Below, in pieces: positions 9,254-21,619 of a stretch of DNA of 64,000 nucleotides (positions are counted from its first letter, which is position 1; each line of letters starts with the position of its first letter). The stretch is from the IMG/VR virus record IMGVR_UViG_3300013006_000018; one strand, given 5' to 3'. Source of the DNA: a virus. The notes below the pieces were generated by a model. The model was not told where the DNA came from and did no database searches. It saw only the letters and a list, made by a program, of their open reading frames with translations. Position numbers and translations under genes: made by a program.

Positions 9254-12200
9254 TTATTGTACCCATTTAATTTCATTTATCTTAGTATAACCAGGAGCTG
9301 TCTGTTCTAAGAACGTTAAGACCCTGGCTTCGAGAGCAGCCCGTAATTCTTTATCACTAATACCGGTGTTCTTTATTATAATATTGAAGTTAGTAGCTTT
9401 TGACCCGGGTTTTTTAAACTTAAAGAACCGCTCTACTTCTTCTAAGTAATTCCGTTTACCGCATGCTGTATCGAAGTTTACAGGTAAAATATTAAGGCTT
9501 TCCTTGTTGTGAAAGTAGATATCAAAATTGTTTAACGGCTTATTATATAGATAGAAATTCTTTATTTTAAAACCGTCTATTAAATAGATAGGCTTTTGTA
9601 GGTAGTTAAAGAGCGGTAAAGAATTTGTATAAATACTACTTCCAATAAAGAACGGTCTTTCAATTAAATTACTAAATTTATATTTTCTAGGTGAAAACTC
9701 AGATCTTTGAATTTCTTTACTATCTATAAATAGAGACATATAGCCCTTATATGAGTCATAACGAACTGCAAAATGATGATAACCAGCATCCAGCGATGAG
9801 AGGCCTGCAGTTATTTCTATGTCCTCTTTTTGTATGTTATTAAAGACATTTACAAGTCTAGCTTTAACGGTCAAACTGCTATCCGGATATTTGGCTTGAA
9901 TATAGTTTCTAAGATAAGCTGAATTAGTTAAGTTTGAACCAAAAGCGGTTGTTTTATCTGTATATGTAGTGTTTTTAATACTCCCGTCATTATTGAGAGT
10001 AACAAATTTAATTTTATTGCCCGATAGTGGTCCTTGTTGCAGAATTATTGGATATGTGTTAATTCCTTGATTGGTAATTTCGGATACGAAATCGATATCA
10101 TAATTTTCATATGAGGAATCAGTAAAGACACCTGAGAGCACAAACGTTCTATCTTCAGTGAGCTTAATATAGCTATTTTTATTGTACAACACCCATATAT
10201 TATTATCAAAATCAAAATTAAAAGTATCAACTTTATAGTTATTCTTATAGGCTGTCAACACAGGAACTGAATTCGATTGAAAATCTTTCCACTTAAGGAT
10301 CGTATTGGTATTATCTTTTAGATAGTAAATATCATTACCTACTTTTCTAGATATTCTACCCGGGGTCATATATACATACCCGTCATAAAACACAAAAGAT
10401 TTAACACTAGATGTTGTAACAGACGGGAACTCTCCGGAAGGAGAACGTCTTCTTATGATGTAATCAGGGTCACCAGTTACATCTTCAATATTCATGTTTA
10501 TTAAGTCTGCTCTATAGAACTTATTAGTAAATGACGGTCCCGCTGGCACTACACATAGAAAAAAGGCTTCTTCATTACCATAGTCGTAGTAAGTTGTATA
10601 TTTTATTTCATCGTTGGCATCTTTAATTATTTTCGTCTGTGTGTGTAAGTTGGACATCTTTATGAGACTACTATCAGTAGTAACAACATAGTAGTCTGTA
10701 AACCCGTCGTATCTTAAAACACATAACACATTTGACTTAAATTCTATAGTCTGAAGATATTTTAAATCTGTATTGTAAATTTCTATGTTAGTTTTATTGT
10801 TGAGCAATAGAGTTGGTGTTACAACATTGTAATTAAAAATACCAAAGCCATCACCTGCGTAATTACCCATAATTTGGTAACCGAAAGGTTTTGTCCAGTC
10901 ATCTGAATGACCGAAGAAGCATATAGTAAATTGATTTGTGTCTTCAATTGAAGAAAGATTAACGGTTTGGGAGTACTGAGTACCATTAAAAATAAATTCT
11001 CTTTGATTTTCAATTGCAGGGTCGTATGCTGGCGAACCGTTTATATATTTAAAATTGCTTAGTTCTTTTTGTACTAAGAAAGGTTTAAATATATTAATAA
11101 ACCCGTCAGTATATTTCGGACCTATACGCTGGTAAGCATAATATGTACCTGGTTCAAATATTAAATCAGAAGGCTTATCAAATACATCTATATCAGCTAA
11201 AATAGCTCTGGCTTGATCAAATAAGCATTCAAATAGTGATACATATCTTATAGCTTCAAATGTATTCCCACTTAAAGCATCAAAAAAAGATATTTTTTTA
11301 GGGTTATAGTATCTATCCACCCATAAAGGCTTGACATCAGAATTAATACTGCCAGAAAGCCATGAGCATAGAAATGTTGAATCGGTCTCTTCAATTGTAT
11401 CACCGAAATGCGAGGTCAGCTTGTAGTCGGCCTTTTTCTTGAAGACTCTATCAGACTTTAAAGGATGGTCACCTGCTATTGCACCGGCTTCTATAAGACC
11501 TGAATCATTAATATTTAGAATTTTATAAGGGTAAAAATTATAAGGTATATGAAAATATGTAACTTTATCCGGATTAAACGTAATTAAATTAGTAAACGCC
11601 TCGTAAGAGAAAGAAATGTTATCGTCACCAAGTATCTGATTAGATCCAGAGAAAATCTTTTTATAATCTCTTTGCTCAACAGCGGTTTGAAAGATAAAAG
11701 GGTTATTTCTAGATTGAAAATTTTCAGGTGTATTAGTATTTTTGAGAGAAAGACAGTTAACATCGAGTGTAGTACCGCTTACATTAAAAAACTCATTATG
11801 AACAAGAATATTTGATTGAATGTCTTCATAGCTTCTTAGAGGGTTAATATCTTGTGAATTGTTTTTAAAGTTTTTATTGTAAGAGACCCAGGAATCGTAT
11901 AATTTTGTGTTGTTAGATACCTCAGGTCTATACATACACTTCCAAAGGCTTAGCGATGAGTAGGGAATTGAACCAGCAGTCAGTGGATCAGAAAGAACAA
12001 GTTTGTTGGTGGTGTTGTTGAGCTCTAAAAACTTAGGTACATCGTTTAAATTTTTTAAAAATAAAATTGCATCACTATCTTTATCGTAGATATAATTAAA
12101 GATTTGCGGGCTATATTGACCTAAAGCATCAACACTTGCATCCACAGCAAATACTAGATTATTTGTAACATCAACTGTTAGATATCTTGCAACACCCTTG

Positions 12201-12643
12201 TCTTCATGTGATATTTTACATGAAGCTTCATCTAGAAAGATAATATCAAACAAGTATCTTTGGTCTAATTCTGCAATACTACCGGAAACAGCCACAGCAG
12301 CAGCAGTGGCACTTATATCTTTTTCTTGGATAACCCAAAACTTAGAAAAGTTTGTAACGCTAGGTATAGCATTACCTGCTAGATAAGTAGAAAACCCTTC
12401 ATCTACTAGTTGATCTAACTGTTTAATGGAAAAAGCATCGTTAATATTTTGTTTTTTAGATAAAAATAAATTAGAATAGTTATTAACTTTATTATCATTA
12501 GTATTTAAAAAAATGTCAGAAAACTGATAAGATATACCTGCATCGGTAGCATATTGATAGCCGTTTACTTCGAACGTTTTATCATGCTTATATGCAGCCG
12601 ATAATACAGCCAGATTATTTGTATTAAAAGCATTAATATTCAT
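9254..12643 (-). CDS. Large virion structural protein (propeller inserted in LamG-like domain)
   Basis: 1129 aa; FNGTQYS...QFTICFF and YHHFAVRYDSYKGYMSLFID...IKNFYLYNKPL are LamG-like halves. Confidence 0.55.
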   Translation of the reverse strand: MNINAFNTNNLAVLSAAYKHDKTFEVNGYQYATDAGISYQFSDIFLNTNDNKVNNYSNLFLSKKQNINDAFSIKQLDQLVDEGFSTYLAGNAIPSVTNFSKFWVIQEKDISATAAAVAVSGSIAELDQRYLFDIIFLDEASCKISHEDKGVARYLTVDVTNNLVFAVDASVDALGQYSPQIFNYIYDKDSDAILFLKNLNDVPKFLELNNTTNKLVLSDPLTAGSIPYSSLSLWKCMYRPEVSNNTKLYDSWVSYNKNFKNNSQDINPLRSYEDIQSNILVHNEFFNVSGTTLDVNCLSLKNTNTPENFQSRNNPFIFQTAVEQRDYKKIFSGSNQILGDDNISFSYEAFTNLITFNPDKVTYFHIPYNFYPYKILNINDSGLIEAGAIAGDHPLKSDRVFKKKADYKLTSHFGDTIEETDSTFLCSWLSGSINSDVKPLWVDRYYNPKKISFFDALSGNTFEAIRYVSLFECLFDQARAILADIDVFDKPSDLIFEPGTYYAYQRIGPKYTDGFINIFKPFLVQKELSNFKYINGSPAYDPAIENQREFIFNGTQYSQTVNLSSIEDTNQFTICFFGHSDDWTKPFGYQIMGNYAGDGFGIFNYNVVTPTLLLNNKTNIEIYNTDLKYLQTIEFKSNVLCVLRYDGFTDYYVVTTDSSLIKMSNLHTQTKIIKDANDEIKYTTYYDYGNEEAFFLCVVPAGPSFTNKFYRADLINMNIEDVTGDPDYIIRRRSPSGEFPSVTTSSVKSFVFYDGYVYMTPGRISRKVGNDIYYLKDNTNTILKWKDFQSNSVPVLTAYKNNYKVDTFNFDFDNNIWVLYNKNSYIKLTEDRTFVLSGVFTDSSYENYDIDFVSEITNQGINTYPIILQQGPLSGNKIKFVTLNNDGSIKNTTYTDKTTAFGSNLTNSAYLRNYIQAKYPDSSLTVKARLVNVFNNIQKEDIEITAGLSSLDAGYHHFAVRYDSYKGYMSLFIDSKEIQRSEFSPRKYKFSNLIERPFFIGSSIYTNSLPLFNYLQKPIYLIDGFKIKNFYLYNKPLNNFDIYFHNKESLNILPVNFDTACGKRNYLEEVERFFKFKKPGSKATNFNIIIKNTGISDKELRAALEARVLTFLEQTAPGYTKINEIKWVQ

Positions 12644-12679
12644 CTTTAATTACTTATAGAAAATAAAGGGTTTAACATA

Positions 12680-14716
12680 CTAGCAGCCTAATACTACAAT
12701 TGGGCCTGGTTCTGCGGCATTCACCGGTACCCACCCTATAGAAGGTACTGAATACGGATTTGTAGATGGGTTAGAATATAACACACTAAGAGTTGAAGCT
12801 GAGATTATTCTCCATGTAGGTGTCGGCCAGTAGTCTATAACACCATTGTATGTAGTTCCAAATATTACTACTGCATCTATAAAGGGTGTTGGTGCATAAT
12901 AGAAGGGTTTATATGTCGGAATGCTGGCCGATAAGACTAGATTATAACAATTATCAATAGCAGATGTACCGGCGCCGATAACTCTTATGCTTGTAGGTAC
13001 AGCGGTTGGTGTCGGAGTCGGTGTAGAGGTTACAGTAGCTGTGGGTGTCGGTGAAGCGTTATTTGTTCGAGTTATCGAAGGTGTAATTGAAGGTGTTAAT
13101 GAATTGGTAGGTGTGGGTGAATATGTAGGTGTATTGGTTGGAGTCGTTGTATATGTAGGAGTAACTGTTGGTGTGGGTGTATTTGTTGGTGTTGCTGGAA
13201 TTGTTGGTGTCGGGGTGGGTGTTATACCGTCAAATATGCTTCCCTTGGGCAGCACAGCAGGTGCAGATATAACTTCAAAGGTTGTTATGTAGTTTGGAGA
13301 TTGAAATTCAAGAATTTCAACACTCTTGCTGTTGGTTCTTGCAATACTATTAATCAGGTGCTGCGAACTTGTATCGTAGGATGAAAAAGGTAGTAGTTTA
13401 AAATTAATTTTGAATGTATTAAAGTCAAAATTACCCATAATTGCAGTTATCGAAGCAGAAAATGAGGTTAATTCTTGTTCGGTGGGGAGATAAGTAAACT
13501 GGACGGCGTAGCTCTTAGGATCTGCAGGGTCAGCACCAATTCTAATGATATTATCTCCTGAATAGGTATAGGTAGGCACAATATCTTTTTCAATTGTAAT
13601 TGTTTTACCATTATCATTACTATAGATTAACTTTAATATCTTAAAATAATTATCGGAAATTGCAGAAGGATTTATTGTAAGTGTAAGATCACCTTTGTAG
13701 AAACCTATATCAATTTCATTACTTCTTCTTTGAATAGGATACCCCCAAGGGTAGATACTACCACCATTAGCTGATGCATTAAAGTAGAAATTAGATGCAG
13801 TTAGAATGTAGTTATATGTATTAATATCGTTATTGACCTGCTGCTGGGTGAATGAATAGTTAAACATTTTAGTAACTGCAATACTGCCTGTGTAGTGTTC
13901 TGAAGTACCGCCGTCTGGGTTAGCGTCCTCTGGCGCGCCTCCGATTTGAAGAGGCGAGGAGGATGTAGCATTAGAATTCGCGCTTGCTCCAGATATGTCT
14001 AAATCTACACCACTAACATTAAGTAGATACGTCAAAGGAAGGCTCGCTGCGGGGCGTAAATATTGCTTTACACCGTTTATATAGAGGTTAGCAATATTTG
14101 TATTTCTATTAAAGACAGCAGCTACATGATTAAACCCGTTGTGCTTTAGCGGAGACCCGCTAGTTTCAAAATAAACACAATTACAACCAGGGCCATATGC
14201 AATATTACTGCCTATACCGCTATAAACTTTACCGCTCTTTGAAACTTGTAACACATATCCCGGGCTCAACGCCCAATGCCCGTGTGAAATAATTCTTCTT
14301 TGGTTTGTTGATGGTTGAGCAGTGAAACCTGAGAATACTGATACTAAAGTAAAGCTGCCTGTACCGAAGTCGAAAGAATTGTTATCTGCAAATTTAATTC
14401 TATCTAACTTACGAGCACTTAAATTAAAATACTTGTTATTATTACTAGTAACCTTGACACTTCCTACCTGGCTATAGTTAGAAATATCGTTAACAGAAAG
14501 ATTGCCATAGTAACAGTACGGGTTAAAGGATTCTATATAAAGATTAGCGAGCTGTGGAGGTGTTGCTACCGGAGAAGAGAAATAACCGTCATTGACGGTG
14601 CATAAATAAGAAAAAGCTGTACTATAAATTGGGTCTACAAACAAATAACCGTTAATACAATCAGGTTTTTGTATAGGCGCTTGGTATGAAGACAGTACGG
14701 CAGAATAAAACTTCAC
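12680..14716 (-). CDS. LamG/ConA-like domain protein with Pro/Thr-rich stalk
   Basis: [10 protein letters not shown]...[10 protein letters not shown]...LYINGV...LQIGG...[12 protein letters not shown]; TPTPT tract near the C-terminus; GTG start 5 nt after TATAAATA. Confidence 0.75.
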   Translation of the reverse strand: MKFYSAVLSSYQAPIQKPDCINGYLFVDPIYSTAFSYLCTVNDGYFSSPVATPPQLANLYIESFNPYCYYGNLSVNDISNYSQVGSVKVTSNNNKYFNLSARKLDRIKFADNNSFDFGTGSFTLVSVFSGFTAQPSTNQRRIISHGHWALSPGYVLQVSKSGKVYSGIGSNIAYGPGCNCVYFETSGSPLKHNGFNHVAAVFNRNTNIANLYINGVKQYLRPAASLPLTYLLNVSGVDLDISGASANSNATSSSPLQIGGAPEDANPDGGTSEHYTGSIAVTKMFNYSFTQQQVNNDINTYNYILTASNFYFNASANGGSIYPWGYPIQRRSNEIDIGFYKGDLTLTINPSAISDNYFKILKLIYSNDNGKTITIEKDIVPTYTYSGDNIIRIGADPADPKSYAVQFTYLPTEQELTSFSASITAIMGNFDFNTFKINFKLLPFSSYDTSSQHLINSIARTNSKSVEILEFQSPNYITTFEVISAPAVLPKGSIFDGITPTPTPTIPATPTNTPTPTVTPTYTTTPTNTPTYSPTPTNSLTPSITPSITRTNNASPTPTATVTSTPTPTPTAVPTSIRVIGAGTSAIDNCYNLVLSASIPTYKPFYYAPTPFIDAVVIFGTTYNGVIDYWPTPTWRIISASTLSVLYSNPSTNPYSVPSIGWVPVNAAEPGPIVVLGC
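12995..13226 (-). repeat. Pro/Thr-coding low-complexity tract
   Basis: TPTPTPT... in the 678-aa protein; boundaries approximate. Confidence 0.85.
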
Positions 14717-14721
14717 TCAAA

Positions 14722-14729
14722 TATTTATA
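14722..14729 (-). promoter_or_regulatory. T4-type late promoter TATAAATA
   Basis: Exact consensus 5 nt before GTG 14716. Confidence 0.8.
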
Positions 14730-14762
14730 TCAATCTCTGAATTCTACCACAAATGACAGATA

Positions 14763-15374
14763 TTACTTCAACCCTAATACTAGATAAGACCCTCTGTCAA
14801 AATAATTAGTAGCACTAGATGTATATAGAGTTATGCGGGTGTTGGCTGGTGTATAATTATGTGCTTTCATGAATACATAACTTCCATTGGTGTCATACTG
14901 TTGCCCACCATTTTCACTAACTGACATTAAAGTACCACCAATTAGATCTATTGTACAGTGTGCCCATACACCTGTGCTACCCGAGCTGTTATTATGGGTG
15001 ATGCAGCCATTTGAATAACTATTTATTGCTAAAGTAGTATTACCCGCTGTCATACTTACATCTTTGAGTATTAGTTTTAATATTTTATATTTAGTTAAGC
15101 TTCCCGTGTTTAACTCAAAAGAAGACTGTGTGTTGAACCCACCCGCAACAGGTAGTACGCCGGACACTAGTGTATCGACACCGTTAGAAATATAACCATT
15201 TGGGTTTGTACTATTGTAAGGAGTATATCCTAGGGAAGTTGTTATTTGACCAGCAGTGACAATTCCACATACTTGTGATACTGTAACTTTTCCTGTAGTT
15301 ATTCCATCAGAAACTGGAAGAACGAGACTCCCGTTGGGTGACGATGCGGGTAATTGTGATATTTTTACTGCCAT
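14763..15374 (-). CDS. Small fibre/appendage protein with KISQLP module
   Basis: MAVKISQLP...VLPVSDG.TTGKVTV is a typical phage fibre N-terminal module; LGYTPYNSTNPNGYIS is a common fibre segment. Confidence 0.6.
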   Translation of the reverse strand: MAVKISQLPASSPNGSLVLPVSDGITTGKVTVSQVCGIVTAGQITTSLGYTPYNSTNPNGYISNGVDTLVSGVLPVAGGFNTQSSFELNTGSLTKYKILKLILKDVSMTAGNTTLAINSYSNGCITHNNSSGSTGVWAHCTIDLIGGTLMSVSENGGQQYDTNGSYVFMKAHNYTPANTRITLYTSSATNYFDRGSYLVLGLK

Positions 15375-15405
15375 ATATTATTATTTATTGTTTTGTACCC
15401 TTATT

Positions 15406-18156
15406 CTATGGTGTGAAGTATTGTGAATTGTCTGTTATAATACGGTCCTGGTTATCTGCTATTATATAAATTGTTGTATCTGTTGAAGTCGGTGTAACAG
15501 ATGGGGTCATTGTCGGAGTTAAACCTGGGGTGGTCGTAACTGTCGGTGTCGGGGTCGGTGTACAGGTTCTTGTAGGTGTATTGGTTGTCGTGCAGGTTTG
15601 AGTAATTGTTGCTGTTGGTGTATTAGTTTGTGTGGGTGTGTTGGTTACTGTGTTTGTAGGTGTTACTGTACCTGTATTCGTAGGTGTACGCGACGGTGTA
15701 ACGTTCGGTGTAGGTGTATGTGACGGTGTAACGTTTGGTGTAGGGGTAAATGAAGGGGTCACAGTGCATGATGGTGTATTTGTAGGTGTAGCTGGCGGAC
15801 GAAAGTCTGGGCTCTTTGTATTATCTATAACACCGTTAATGTTGAAATTCTTAACTTCAAAATTACTACCGCATAATCCAGAGCTATAAGATAAACCGCA
15901 ATATACAGCGTTTGAAAGCGGTGTATCTTGCTGATAATAGTTAGCAGGCAGCTCAAAATTTACGTAATTTACAAAAATGTCTGTATTCTTTTTCTTTAAG
16001 TCTATTATAACGGTCCTGCCGATGTCTGTAAAACGTATTCTAGCTTTATGAAATTCTGGTTCACCGGAAGTTACTTGTTGATATAAGCTAATTGGTACCT
16101 TATATGCGGAGCTATCAAGTGAATTAGATGTATAGAGCAAAGGCCAAGTGTAATATGTAGGTCCTCTGATAGATATTGAATTAGATATCGGTACATCCCT
16201 GCCGGGCTGAATACCATAACTCGATAATGCGAAATTTCCTTTGAGATCAAATCCTATTCCTATGAGTCCTCCTGAAATACCGCCTGCAAATTGTGACCAA
16301 GGTACATATCCCGCATCATTTATCCATGCTGAAACACCAGACACCGCTGTATAACCTAAGCCGGGTCCTGGTGACCCACCACATAACGTAGAAACAAAAT
16401 TATTAAATAAGAATACACAAAAGCCTTCGTCACCCACAGGAGTTGTTCCATAGCATGCATACTCAAATGAGATAGTTAAGTCTGATTTTGTGCTAAACGA
16501 CTGTTGTAAGTAGAAAGAACCAGCTTTTCCATTGATAGGCATTTGATAAAAATCATATGACAGCGGAGTTGATGTAGGTCTCGGTGTAACCGTTGGTGTT
16601 AAGGTGGGGGTTGGTGTGTTTGTTGGTGTGGGTGTCTCGGTATAACCAACTGTCTTTGTGGGTGTCGGGGTGTATGTGGCGGTTCTGGTGGGTGAAGGTG
16701 TTAAGGTGAGGGTACCTGTATTTGTTGGTGTGTTAGTGGGGGTAGCTGTAGGTGTTAAACCTGGGGTAACAGTATTTGTGGGTGTGTTGGTTGGTGTCGG
16801 TGTTGGTGTAAACCCAACGCTGCATGTAGCTGTAGGTGTTTGTGTGGGTGACTGTGTAAAATTAGGGGTCGCGGGTGGTGTTCTTGTGGGTGTTGGAGTG
16901 ACTGTGTTTGTTGGGGTGAGTGTAATGGTCGTGGTCGGTGTCTGTGTCTGTGTTCTGGTGATTGTTACTGTGGGGGTTAGCGTTGGTGTGGGGGTGTTGG
17001 TAGCTGTAGGGGTCGGTGTTACTACATCAACCAGATTTCCTATGGAGTAACCTGAGTAATCGCTACTACCCGCGGTGTATAATACATATGTTACAAAATC
17101 TGTAAGTGAGGTTGGCTGTACGGTAAAGGCATTGTACGGATTTGTATCGCCCATTCCTAATTGCCCGAAATTATTTTGTCCGCAAACAGTTACTATGTCC
17201 CCATTAACACTATTGGGTACAGCGGATATACCTATACTATTTGTATACCCTCCAAATATACTAAATACACGTAAGCTATTTTGTAATACCGTCCAGGATG
17301 TTCTAGGTAGATTATCACTAGTACCTAACTGCCCGTGGGTATTATCTCCAGCAACCCATACCCGGTCATTCGATGAAATAGCTACGGAAAAAGCATTACC
17401 TGCATGAATACTTTTATATTTTCCTTCAATTCTTCGAAATGTGTATTGAATACCAGGTGCTCCGCCGGTACCTAATTGACCAGAAGAGTTATCACCAACA
17501 ACATATAAATCATATTCATTTGTTGTATTGCTCAATGCATTACCAGAAAGTAATAAAGCATGGGTAAGTCCGCATTTAAATGAAGTCCAGGTTCCGGTCG
17601 TTGCAGTCCAGGTAGTAAAGGAGGTACTAATATTACCGAGGCCTAATTGTCCTAACTTATTTGAACCGGCTACATAGATTTGATTGTTGCTTCTTAGTGC
17701 ATAAGAAAATCCGCTACCAGCACCAACCAGGGTATATGCAAAACCACCGTCGCTTGTAGCAACAAAAGTGTTTCTACTAATGTTTGTACCGTCACCAAGT
17801 GCACCGAAGGTATTGTTACCTGCGCCATATATGCGGCCATCAGCTAGATTAATAGCTAATGAATGAGCAACACCTGCGCCAATATTAGCCCATGTACCTG
17901 CAATAGGTTTATATACCTTTTGATTTACATTAGTACCATCACCTAACTGACCAGATATATTATTACCTGCAGCAGATAAAGAGCCTGCATTATTAAGAAC
18001 AAAGCTATGTGCACTACCTGCGGCTACATTTGTGAGTGTATTAAGAGGGAATAGGGTTGTACGGGCTGTAATCGTAAACAGTTCGCCTTGATTGAGCAGT
18101 CCTAATTGACCATGATGGTTGCTCCCTATACGTGAAAAAATAGTATTATTAGCCAT
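15406..18156 (-). CDS. RCC1-repeat propeller + Pro/Thr stalk + L-type lectin domain + Pro/Thr stalk
   Basis: Repeated GxNxxGQLG / AGxxHS RCC1 units; GDEGFCVFL...GPGLGY...IGIGFD legume-lectin signature; two TPT tracts. Confidence 0.8.
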   Translation of the reverse strand: MANNTIFSRIGSNHHGQLGLLNQGELFTITARTTLFPLNTLTNVAAGSAHSFVLNNAGSLSAAGNNISGQLGDGTNVNQKVYKPIAGTWANIGAGVAHSLAINLADGRIYGAGNNTFGALGDGTNISRNTFVATSDGGFAYTLVGAGSGFSYALRSNNQIYVAGSNKLGQLGLGNISTSFTTWTATTGTWTSFKCGLTHALLLSGNALSNTTNEYDLYVVGDNSSGQLGTGGAPGIQYTFRRIEGKYKSIHAGNAFSVAISSNDRVWVAGDNTHGQLGTSDNLPRTSWTVLQNSLRVFSIFGGYTNSIGISAVPNSVNGDIVTVCGQNNFGQLGMGDTNPYNAFTVQPTSLTDFVTYVLYTAGSSDYSGYSIGNLVDVVTPTPTATNTPTPTLTPTVTITRTQTQTPTTTITLTPTNTVTPTPTRTPPATPNFTQSPTQTPTATCSVGFTPTPTPTNTPTNTVTPGLTPTATPTNTPTNTGTLTLTPSPTRTATYTPTPTKTVGYTETPTPTNTPTPTLTPTVTPRPTSTPLSYDFYQMPINGKAGSFYLQQSFSTKSDLTISFEYACYGTTPVGDEGFCVFLFNNFVSTLCGGSPGPGLGYTAVSGVSAWINDAGYVPWSQFAGGISGGLIGIGFDLKGNFALSSYGIQPGRDVPISNSISIRGPTYYTWPLLYTSNSLDSSAYKVPISLYQQVTSGEPEFHKARIRFTDIGRTVIIDLKKKNTDIFVNYVNFELPANYYQQDTPLSNAVYCGLSYSSGLCGSNFEVKNFNINGVIDNTKSPDFRPPATPTNTPSCTVTPSFTPTPNVTPSHTPTPNVTPSRTPTNTGTVTPTNTVTNTPTQTNTPTATITQTCTTTNTPTRTCTPTPTPTVTTTPGLTPTMTPSVTPTSTDTTIYIIADNQDRIITDNSQYFTP
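15480..15797 (-). repeat. Pro/Thr-coding tract
   Basis: C-terminal stalk of the RCC1/lectin protein; approximate. Confidence 0.85.
16566..17022 (-). repeat. Pro/Thr-coding tract
   Basis: Between the RCC1 and lectin domains; approximate. Confidence 0.85.
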
Positions 18157-21100
18157 TAGTCAATACCAAATACAAAGGTTCCATTGTTAATATTTAAATT
18201 GCCTGGTGAATTAAGCACGGTTTGTGTCTTAAAATATGCAGGTAAGTTGTTGAGTACAACATTACTTGCAGATAACCCGAAAGCTATATGGAGCGTATTA
18301 GCAGAAGGCATATACATGTTTGTTGAGGTATTCTCTAGGATACCATTAAAATACTTGAAGCCGTGTTTAAACATATAACTAGCATCCGAAGTATCTTTAC
18401 CGAGATATGTTACGAAAAAGGTTTCTGAATCTGCGTCATAACTCAACATCGATTTTTCGGTATAGTTAATATTAATATTAAGTTTTGAGGAGTTATTATC
18501 TAGTGTAAAGATAGGATCAGGATAGCTACCTTCATATGAAATTGAATTTGTATTGTCAGTTATTAATGAAAAATCTTTGAAGTTAAATATTTCGGGAGAG
18601 CCTTGTACGTTAAGCTGGGTATTTGGGTATTCCTTATGGATTCTACAATCTAATAAGCTTACCGAATACATTTCAGGTACTATCGTTTTATATATGGAAC
18701 CACTTAACAGGTGTAGTACTGTATTTTTACTAAAATAAAGTTTTTTCTCTTTTTCGTTAAAGAATATTGTTGAAATATCTTCTAAAGCATCTGAATTAAT
18801 ATGCTTTTGAATAAGATTAATATTATTTGAGGAGCTCTTGAGTGTATTGTCTGTATAATCAAATAATAATTTTTCAAAAATAACATAACTTTCTGTCTCT
18901 AAATACAGTACATCATAGTAAACATCGAAATTTATAAGTTTATTATTAATCTCGTCTTTTATTGTATCGGTATACTTAACAAACACCGCGCTTAAAGCTG
19001 AAGATACAGGCTCTATGATAGTACTATTTGAATTACGATAGTAGAGATCACCATAGTTAACAAAATTTGTATGATATATGTCTTGCTTTTCCAGGATTGA
19101 ATCCTGGTTATCGGCGTACAACGTTGTCCGACCAGGTATTCTTAAATTAATAAAATTTGAACGCTCAGTATATAGCGGTTCATTAAAGCTTACAGGGCTA
19201 CCACAAGGTGACGTTCCGTTTACTAGAAATACAAACCCATCTATACTAGTCACATTAGAAAGCGGTGCTTGATATGTAAAATCTGGAGGATAACCATAAA
19301 CAGGTCTATAGCCTGGTGCTGTAGGGTTTGCTGCACCATCAATGAGTTCGCTATAGTAAACCCTATAGGAAGCAGGGTTAAAGCTTGGATTATCGCTCGG
19401 ATAGTCTATAAGTTCTGCAGATGTCTGTGAAACAAAAGTTAAACCATCCTTATAATTACAACTATAAAACGTCTCTACAGTCTCAGAGCAGAATATTTCT
19501 GGTAAAAAATTATATGAAACAATATTAGTAAATTCGCCTTCTGGTAAACCGAAAGTAGGTACCCCATCATTATAATAAAAAGTGGAAAGCGGTGACTGAT
19601 CTGTATAACGCTTTAGTGGGTAGTCTGTATAAGAATAAGGAATATAGTATCCAGTACCTGGTGGCATATTAGTAGTTGTTTTTAACTCAAAATTATATAT
19701 AAAGGGATTTAAGGCCCCGCCATTAATAATAGAACAAAGTTTTAATCCTTCAGATTCTTTTTGTCCAACTACAGAAGGAAGTACCGCCAGAGGCTGTACG
19801 AACTTAAATAGCCCGTAGCTATTACCGTAAACATCTGATTTAAATTGAACAAGACTTTTATTTGTCGGTATGAGGGTCTTACTTCTGTTATTTATAGGAA
19901 ATTTATCAGCGGGTATTAAAGGGTATACATCTTCGTTAGCCCATACATTCTTAAGATATGAAGTAAAGAAATCTTGAGGGTCGGATTGTCTGTGTATTCC
20001 GTAGTTAATATACTCCAGGGACTGCTCCCTTGACTGATAAGCTCTAAATGTTTGTAGTTTACTATCTGTATATACATCACCAAACCGATATTGATTTGAA
20101 ATATCAATTTTATTGAAATAGTTATATTCAATAAATTTTAAGGGCGAATTAAATTCTTCTAGGGTAGTATTAGATATATTACCGTACTTGGATGGATCGG
20201 GAAATATATAGACAGAATTAGGAGCTAAGGTATCATAATTAAAATATGGTGTAAAGTTGAATGATGTAAATACGGATAACCCTAGTTTATCTGGTTTAAA
20301 GAACCCGCCAACCTCTTTTAATGTCTTTTGATTATTGGTGTCCTCTAGAACAGCAACAGTAGGATATCGCTTATTTACATAATTGGCATATGAATTTTTT
20401 GCTTTATAAACAATACCTGAAACATAATCATAGATAGTTGAACCAGTAGAGACATAGTAAAAATCTGTACCAATATATTTTTCAATTCCTAATTTTTTAA
20501 TGTTTAAATTTAAATTTTCATTGGTACCAGTGTTAACAGTATTAATAAAATCACTATCTTTTAAAAAGTAAAATTGTTCGGCAGATGAAGCCGGTGGTGT
20601 AATAGTAAAATTGTTTGTGCCTAATTCTTCTAAGAAGAATGGATAACTTGTAATGGCTTGTATTATTGATCTTGAAAAATCTAACGAAACATACGGGTCA
20701 CTATCATAAACGTTTAATTCAAAGTAAGTTTTCCTATCTCCGGAAGGATTATATGCCGTTAAAGGGACGTTGGGGCTAATATCATAATAATAGTCTGATG
20801 TATCATATAACTCCTCAACACCGATATTTAAATTATTTCGTATATCAGAAAGAGAGACATTTAGTGTCTTGATGATATCGGTTATATCTGCTGCTTCTAA
20901 TGCTTTTGATATTTCATTATAGATACCTTTTTGTATACCGTAGTTTGATCCACGTAAATTATTCTTAATCGGCGCGGTCTTGACGTCATCTCTAAGTGTA
21001 CTATAATAAAGACATATTTCTTTAATTTTCTTCGCAAAAAAAGGAATTACAGTTACTAATTCTCTATTATTATTAAAATCTATATTAGTTAAAAACCGTT

Positions 21101-21386
21101 TTTCATCCGGTGTTATATAGTTTAAGACGATTTCCTTGAGAAGAGTTACATATAGGTCCTTTATAGACGTATTATTTGTAAGTTCTTTATTATTCTGTAC
21201 ACTATACCAGATGTTTAAATATGTTTGGTATCTATTTAGAAATATTTCAGCTGTATCAAAAATCTTATTATTGTATGTTAACCACTGTTTAAAGGTAAAG
21301 GGTGATGTCTTGTCTAAGCCTGATTTATTGCCAGACGTAATAGACACTTCCAGTGTATTACTCTGTAGTTCAAGTATATCAGGCAT
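18156..21386 (-). CDS. Large baseplate/virion structural protein
   Basis: 1076 aa within the structural block, with its own late promoter; LRGSNYGI weakly recalls the gp7/P2-gpI 'KGT' motif. Confidence 0.5.
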   Translation of the reverse strand: MPDILELQSNTLEVSITSGNKSGLDKTSPFTFKQWLTYNNKIFDTAEIFLNRYQTYLNIWYSVQNNKELTNNTSIKDLYVTLLKEIVLNYITPDEKRFLTNIDFNNNRELVTVIPFFAKKIKEICLYYSTLRDDVKTAPIKNNLRGSNYGIQKGIYNEISKALEAADITDIIKTLNVSLSDIRNNLNIGVEELYDTSDYYYDISPNVPLTAYNPSGDRKTYFELNVYDSDPYVSLDFSRSIIQAITSYPFFLEELGTNNFTITPPASSAEQFYFLKDSDFINTVNTGTNENLNLNIKKLGIEKYIGTDFYYVSTGSTIYDYVSGIVYKAKNSYANYVNKRYPTVAVLEDTNNQKTLKEVGGFFKPDKLGLSVFTSFNFTPYFNYDTLAPNSVYIFPDPSKYGNISNTTLEEFNSPLKFIEYNYFNKIDISNQYRFGDVYTDSKLQTFRAYQSREQSLEYINYGIHRQSDPQDFFTSYLKNVWANEDVYPLIPADKFPINNRSKTLIPTNKSLVQFKSDVYGNSYGLFKFVQPLAVLPSVVGQKESEGLKLCSIINGGALNPFIYNFELKTTTNMPPGTGYYIPYSYTDYPLKRYTDQSPLSTFYYNDGVPTFGLPEGEFTNIVSYNFLPEIFCSETVETFYSCNYKDGLTFVSQTSAELIDYPSDNPSFNPASYRVYYSELIDGAANPTAPGYRPVYGYPPDFTYQAPLSNVTSIDGFVFLVNGTSPCGSPVSFNEPLYTERSNFINLRIPGRTTLYADNQDSILEKQDIYHTNFVNYGDLYYRNSNSTIIEPVSSALSAVFVKYTDTIKDEINNKLINFDVYYDVLYLETESYVIFEKLLFDYTDNTLKSSSNNINLIQKHINSDALEDISTIFFNEKEKKLYFSKNTVLHLLSGSIYKTIVPEMYSVSLLDCRIHKEYPNTQLNVQGSPEIFNFKDFSLITDNTNSISYEGSYPDPIFTLDNNSSKLNININYTEKSMLSYDADSETFFVTYLGKDTSDASYMFKHGFKYFNGILENTSTNMYMPSANTLHIAFGLSASNVVLNNLPAYFKTQTVLNSPGNLNINNGTFVFGID

Positions 21387-21419
21387 TTAATTATTTATTA
21401 AAAACCTTGTTTTTGTGTT

Positions 21420-21605
21420 TTAAATGTCGGTAGGGTCAGAACTAAAGCAATCTTCTATGTTAAAATTCACAAAAGACATATCGGCCAATTCATCACTCGT
21501 AAAAAATTCACTAACAGCTATTTCTTCGTCCGGGGTTAATGCTTGATTGTTATCATGTTTTTCTTTTAAGAAATTAAATACTTCTGTTTTATTATTAAAG
21601 TTCAT
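21420..21605 (-). CDS. Small acidic hypothetical protein
   Basis: 61 aa, fills the intergenic gap; ATTAAATA 5 nt before ATG. Confidence 0.6.
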   Translation of the reverse strand: MNFNNKTEVFNFLKEKHDNNQALTPDEEIAVSEFFTSDELADMSFVNFNIEDCFSSDPTDI

Positions 21606-21619
21606 AAAATTATTTAATT

